Positions 62,201-64,000 of a stretch of 64,000 nucleotides of DNA are shown here, one piece after another. The stretch lies in IMG/VR virus record IMGVR_UViG_3300028042_000004. One strand, given 5' to 3'. Both the position numbers and the translations under genes were made by a program. Each line of letters begins with the position of its first letter. Positions within the stretch are counted from its first letter, which is position 1. Source of the DNA: a virus. The notes under the pieces were generated by a model that was not told the origin of the DNA, made no database searches, and worked only from the letters and a program-made list of their open reading frames with translations.

Positions 62201-63235
62201 CCATACTACCCAGAAACCAGCATCACGGCCTTCACGACCATCAAGACCATTCTCACCCTCTACCAATACTGGTATAGACCATGAAAACACATCTGGTGCA
62301 GTTGTAACTGGTACTGTTGTATCATCAGTTATAGCATAAGTTGCTTGTGACATATAAAGAATACCAGGCTGTGCTCCCACATCAGGTACTCCATCACTCC
62401 AATCTGGACCAACAGCTTCTTGAACTGTATCGTCAGCAGGTCTATCATTAACGCCTAAGGCTGTTGTAGATCTTCTAAATACTGTCCATACACTGGCTCC
62501 AGGGTCTCCTTTACCAAAAGGGATACCAGGATCTGACCAACTACATTGCCCAGAAACAGGAACTATTGCAAAATATATAAGACCATTGTTAGGCCCGCTT
62601 GTTACAAGATATGAATATCCATCAGCAACAGTGCTACAGTCTGGTCTAGCAGAATAAAGTCCTCTACCTTGTACAGTAAATGCCTCACCTTTATCTCCTT
62701 TAAGTCCTTTCTGTCCGTCATCACCAGGCGCTCCTTTGATAGTCCCCTCAGGTACATATCCTTCAACACCGTTTGGGTGAATCTCTACTCTCCAAACATT
62801 ATATTGTTCGTATCCAGGTACTCCAGAAGTTACACCACCAGAAGATACAATTAAATCGTTATTACCATATCCAAGAGTTGAAGGCTTTGCTGCCTGCAGT
62901 CCTGACACAGTATAGTCATATACATTTTGTTGTCCTCCGTAGAATAAGAAACCTGATCCAGCTACTGGGGGCGTAATTGGCCCACCACCACCACCGATAG
63001 GTGCTATCTCAGTAGTAACAACTCCACTTCCGTCAATATTGATTATATAGTGTTTTCTCTCTCCAGATACCCAAACAAGGTCACCATCTGTATAGTAAGA
63101 CCCTACATTCAAGATAAGCTCATTAAGCTCAGCTAATGTAAGGACTGCCAATTTAGCATCGTAAGCACCTTTACCTAAATAGAAGTATCTTACATTGATG
63201 TCACTTTGTCCTGGAATTATGTTATTTGCTGCCAT
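59282..63235 (-). CDS. tail fibre / collagen-like repeat structural protein
   Basis: Short Gly-X-X runs (GAPGDDGQKGLKGDKGE, GENGLDGREG, GEKGEEG) separate repeated Trp/Pro/Asp-rich modules. Confidence 0.7.
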   Translation of the reverse strand: MAANNIIPGQSDINVRYFYLGKGAYDAKLAVLTLAELNELILNVGSYYTDGDLVWVSGERKHYIINIDGSGVVTTEIAPIGGGGGPITPPVAGSGFLFYGGQQNVYDYTVSGLQAAKPSTLGYGNNDLIVSSGGVTSGVPGYEQYNVWRVEIHPNGVEGYVPEGTIKGAPGDDGQKGLKGDKGEAFTVQGRGLYSARPDCSTVADGYSYLVTSGPNNGLIYFAIVPVSGQCSWSDPGIPFGKGDPGASVWTVFRRSTTALGVNDRPADDTVQEAVGPDWSDGVPDVGAQPGILYMSQATYAITDDTTVPVTTAPDVFSWSIPVLVEGENGLDGREGRDAGFWVVWSEGQAMPAVPTNKPTKDGAGADSWVADPNQAWFDDIDPNDPAKDQPRWMAQISYLNASGTWDAWQVSQIGGEKPPYKINLFARAAATPAGVTTAIPYMDGTDFTTGTEAAALVNADPAGDNTVWSDAPPTIGTPPPIPTERLYFIEVSVDLNSPNTNWTTPVELDGAEGDEAGIWSVWTDNNTILENDLPYLPTADTIIDNDNDTITLPINSEWYDSATGTSVWMANTYFRKGAWSAWQFMRVKGEKGEEGASFSINDQGSGAPTPDMYCTEDKGFAYLDSDTSNLYFKTTDPSATGCNDVGWTLGVPFGKGDGGENYYNIFSAAPPPNPNAVPPVTGPTKPIDGTTKENISTPPWYDAPPEISAASGDRLWMSTTSYSRTAAGDIIGTIKWSTPIMIDGAEGANAGYWAVWNESDTYTDLQYIRTYLSNNDTVLNLSGTGWIDDTVAATGSVIWMATAYYRPWNTGDTSLTPDANGRVWTEWVYVKVFGEDGNPGQKGDPAYAYIPSTIFIKKPVFDGGGLPIDLSPFDAVGGCLDGNSADGFTVNMGGGVLIDGDLYTENNADPYFKLEDGIPQTDSTERVWMLQGVFNSNDNLCVSGSSHALNWGKSSLLRDTAGMDYKYHRGDGSPADGQAGIKPANPDIDPTGWEEDPDDVAGNAFWIAQKNWSEGPAAQWAVYQIRGEDGGSSSISTYYTVWHPYNPNSPRDTFTEQDIDGLLGTPAAPGTLGDRWVTNIVTDNIFYGDGCSMDLNSYYETNRQPDGVTWIRTRVNRPSVSFFEKMKFDQYNEYYFDNVNDVDSLYVSKGARTAFSQSSGDTSGVDGVGIPPEYTNITSSMNMRLSHYPAAYVGSWKYYDGTDWVQPLFEVGMSRFPSTTLADACDSWDTDDQHMFTRVESTIGTYPVIGRRFVSAVGSRVFGYTSNIDDSKYYVIMHETDIEKNVPTENRGEAVAVKFDKGEIVEAHRIYPGNCP
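59900..62740 (-). repeat. protein-level repeated modules within the fibre gene
   Basis: Two copies of a Cys-containing ...W..G(I/V)PFGKGD.G module (about 62498-62740 and 61256-61470) and alternating W.D.PP...WS/TP and AG(F/I/Y)W.VW...WMA modules; boundaries approximate. Confidence 0.7.
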
Positions 63236-63241
63236 ATTGTA

Positions 63242-64000
63242 TTAAAATTTTATCTTTATTCTTGTTGAATAATATGTTGGTTGAATACCCATCCAGATCT
63301 TGTATGAGTTACCTTTAAATGTTAGATTGCCTATATCAGAAAAACCTGTCGCTATAGGGCCCCTATTTAATGCACTCTCGTTACCAGATGCGTCTACAGC
63401 AATCCATTCTGTTGGAGTGTAGCTCTGATGAACAGCAAACCAATAGTTATTTTGTGGTAATGGTTGTGCAGATGGAATCAAGCTATCGAAATTAGCTATC
63501 AGGTAATGTGTCCCAGAGATATCATGTAATGATTGTTTTTGTGTTTCGTCTAGCGCTCCTATACTACCTAAAGTGTTTCCTGCTCCAGCATCTATAAGAA
63601 ATGGATAAATAACTTTTACATCATCAGTTGCATTCATAATCATCTGTGGGTATTGTGGAGATGGTGTAGTTCTTAAACTTACTCCATACTCTATTGTTCC
63701 TACATTGTTTGCTGTAAGACTATCAACATTTGATGGTATATCTATATTACCTCTGCTATACGTTACTGGAAAACTACCATCTACGGTACCTCCAGAGTTT
63801 TGTACATAGTTGTATGATAATACTACATTAGTAGGCTGATTAACCTCGATAAGGTATTTATCAGCTGTAAGCGTAAGTACTGGTGGTATTGGTGGATTAC
63901 ATAAAGCATTCACCACATTATCTAATGACCATCCTGTCCTAAAGGTAAATCCTCGAGGAGTGGATAACTCGTCCGTATTCACTGCATAGTCTCTTGTTAA
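63242..64000 (-). CDS. structural protein, beta-rich / Ig-like, 5'-truncated by the window edge
   Basis: Frame stays open from the GTG at 63982 to position 64000 (LTRDYAVNTDEL...); beta-strand-rich sequence upstream of the fibre gene. Confidence 0.5.
   Translation of the reverse strand, partial: LTRDYAVNTDELSTPRGFTFRTGWSLDNVVNALCNPPIPPVLTLTADKYLIEVNQPTNVVLSYNYVQNSGGTVDGSFPVTYSRGNIDIPSNVDSLTANNVGTIEYGVSLRTTPSPQYPQMIMNATDDVKVIYPFLIDAGAGNTLGSIGALDETQKQSLHDISGTHYLIANFDSLIPSAQPLPQNNYWFAVHQSYTPTEWIAVDASGNESALNRGPIATGFSDIGNLTFKGNSYKIWMGIQPTYYSTRIKIKF

Noticed and set aside
170-62976. Dozens of 60-300 aa antisense or nested ORFs in the track (e.g. 29649-30542, 46194-46781, 53838-54386, 5610-6038)
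   Set aside because: They lie entirely opposite long motif-bearing genes and are Ser/Leu/Phe/Ile-rich, as expected for the reverse complement of purine-rich coding DNA; no motifs
58050-63982. Visibly higher GC suggesting horizontal acquisition
   Set aside because: Explained by Gly/Pro/Ala/Trp-rich proteins; third positions remain A/T-rich by inspection
1-64000. Stop-codon reassignment (TAG or TGA), known in some crAss-like phages
   Set aside because: Multi-kilobase ORFs are intact under the standard code, and TAA, TAG (2158, 7715, 15863) and TGA (3164, 4621, 7203) all end genes at sensible boundaries
1-64000. tRNA, rRNA, CRISPR array, integrase, transposase or DGR reverse transcriptase
   Set aside because: No intergenic gap exceeds about 100 nt, and no cloverleaf, regular direct repeats or relevant motifs were recognised

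Overview
The window looks like the middle part of a crAss-like (Crassvirales-type) lytic dsDNA phage genome, probably infecting Bacteroidota (SD-less, A/T-rich start contexts; NrdJ N-terminus resembling Bacteroidota enzymes). It is densely coding, A/T-rich and read with the standard genetic code. Two convergent modules meet at a hairpin terminator near 20.3 kb. (1) Plus strand, 14-20266, replication and nucleotide metabolism: 5'-3' exonuclease, MoxR-type AAA plus vWA pair, Dda/RecD-like helicase, family A DNA polymerase, DnaB-like protein, RecT-like annealing protein, two paralogous SSB-like proteins, primase, dUTPase, metallophosphoesterase, class II RNR, RusA-like resolvase. (2) Minus strand, 64000-20323, late virion module: collagen-repeat fibre, several small cargo-like proteins, then three giant proteins (3182 aa with hydrophobic segments and an SF1 helicase; 3586 aa DFDID-type virion RNA polymerase; 2926 aa with zincin, Dda-like helicase and PD-(D/E)xK nuclease). 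The strongest unexplained signal is cysteine placement. By manual reading, the three giants hold only four Cys in about 9,700 residues, all at the four gene-adjacent termini, which suggests a head-to-tail disulfide-linked ejection chain. Other leads are a recurrent K/F-x-x-GG motif in the small cargo proteins, an identical 13-nt intergenic motif that may be a late promoter, and a 9-aa N-terminal peptide shared by the SSB-like protein and the primase. All assignments come from motif recognition by eye; no searches were run.
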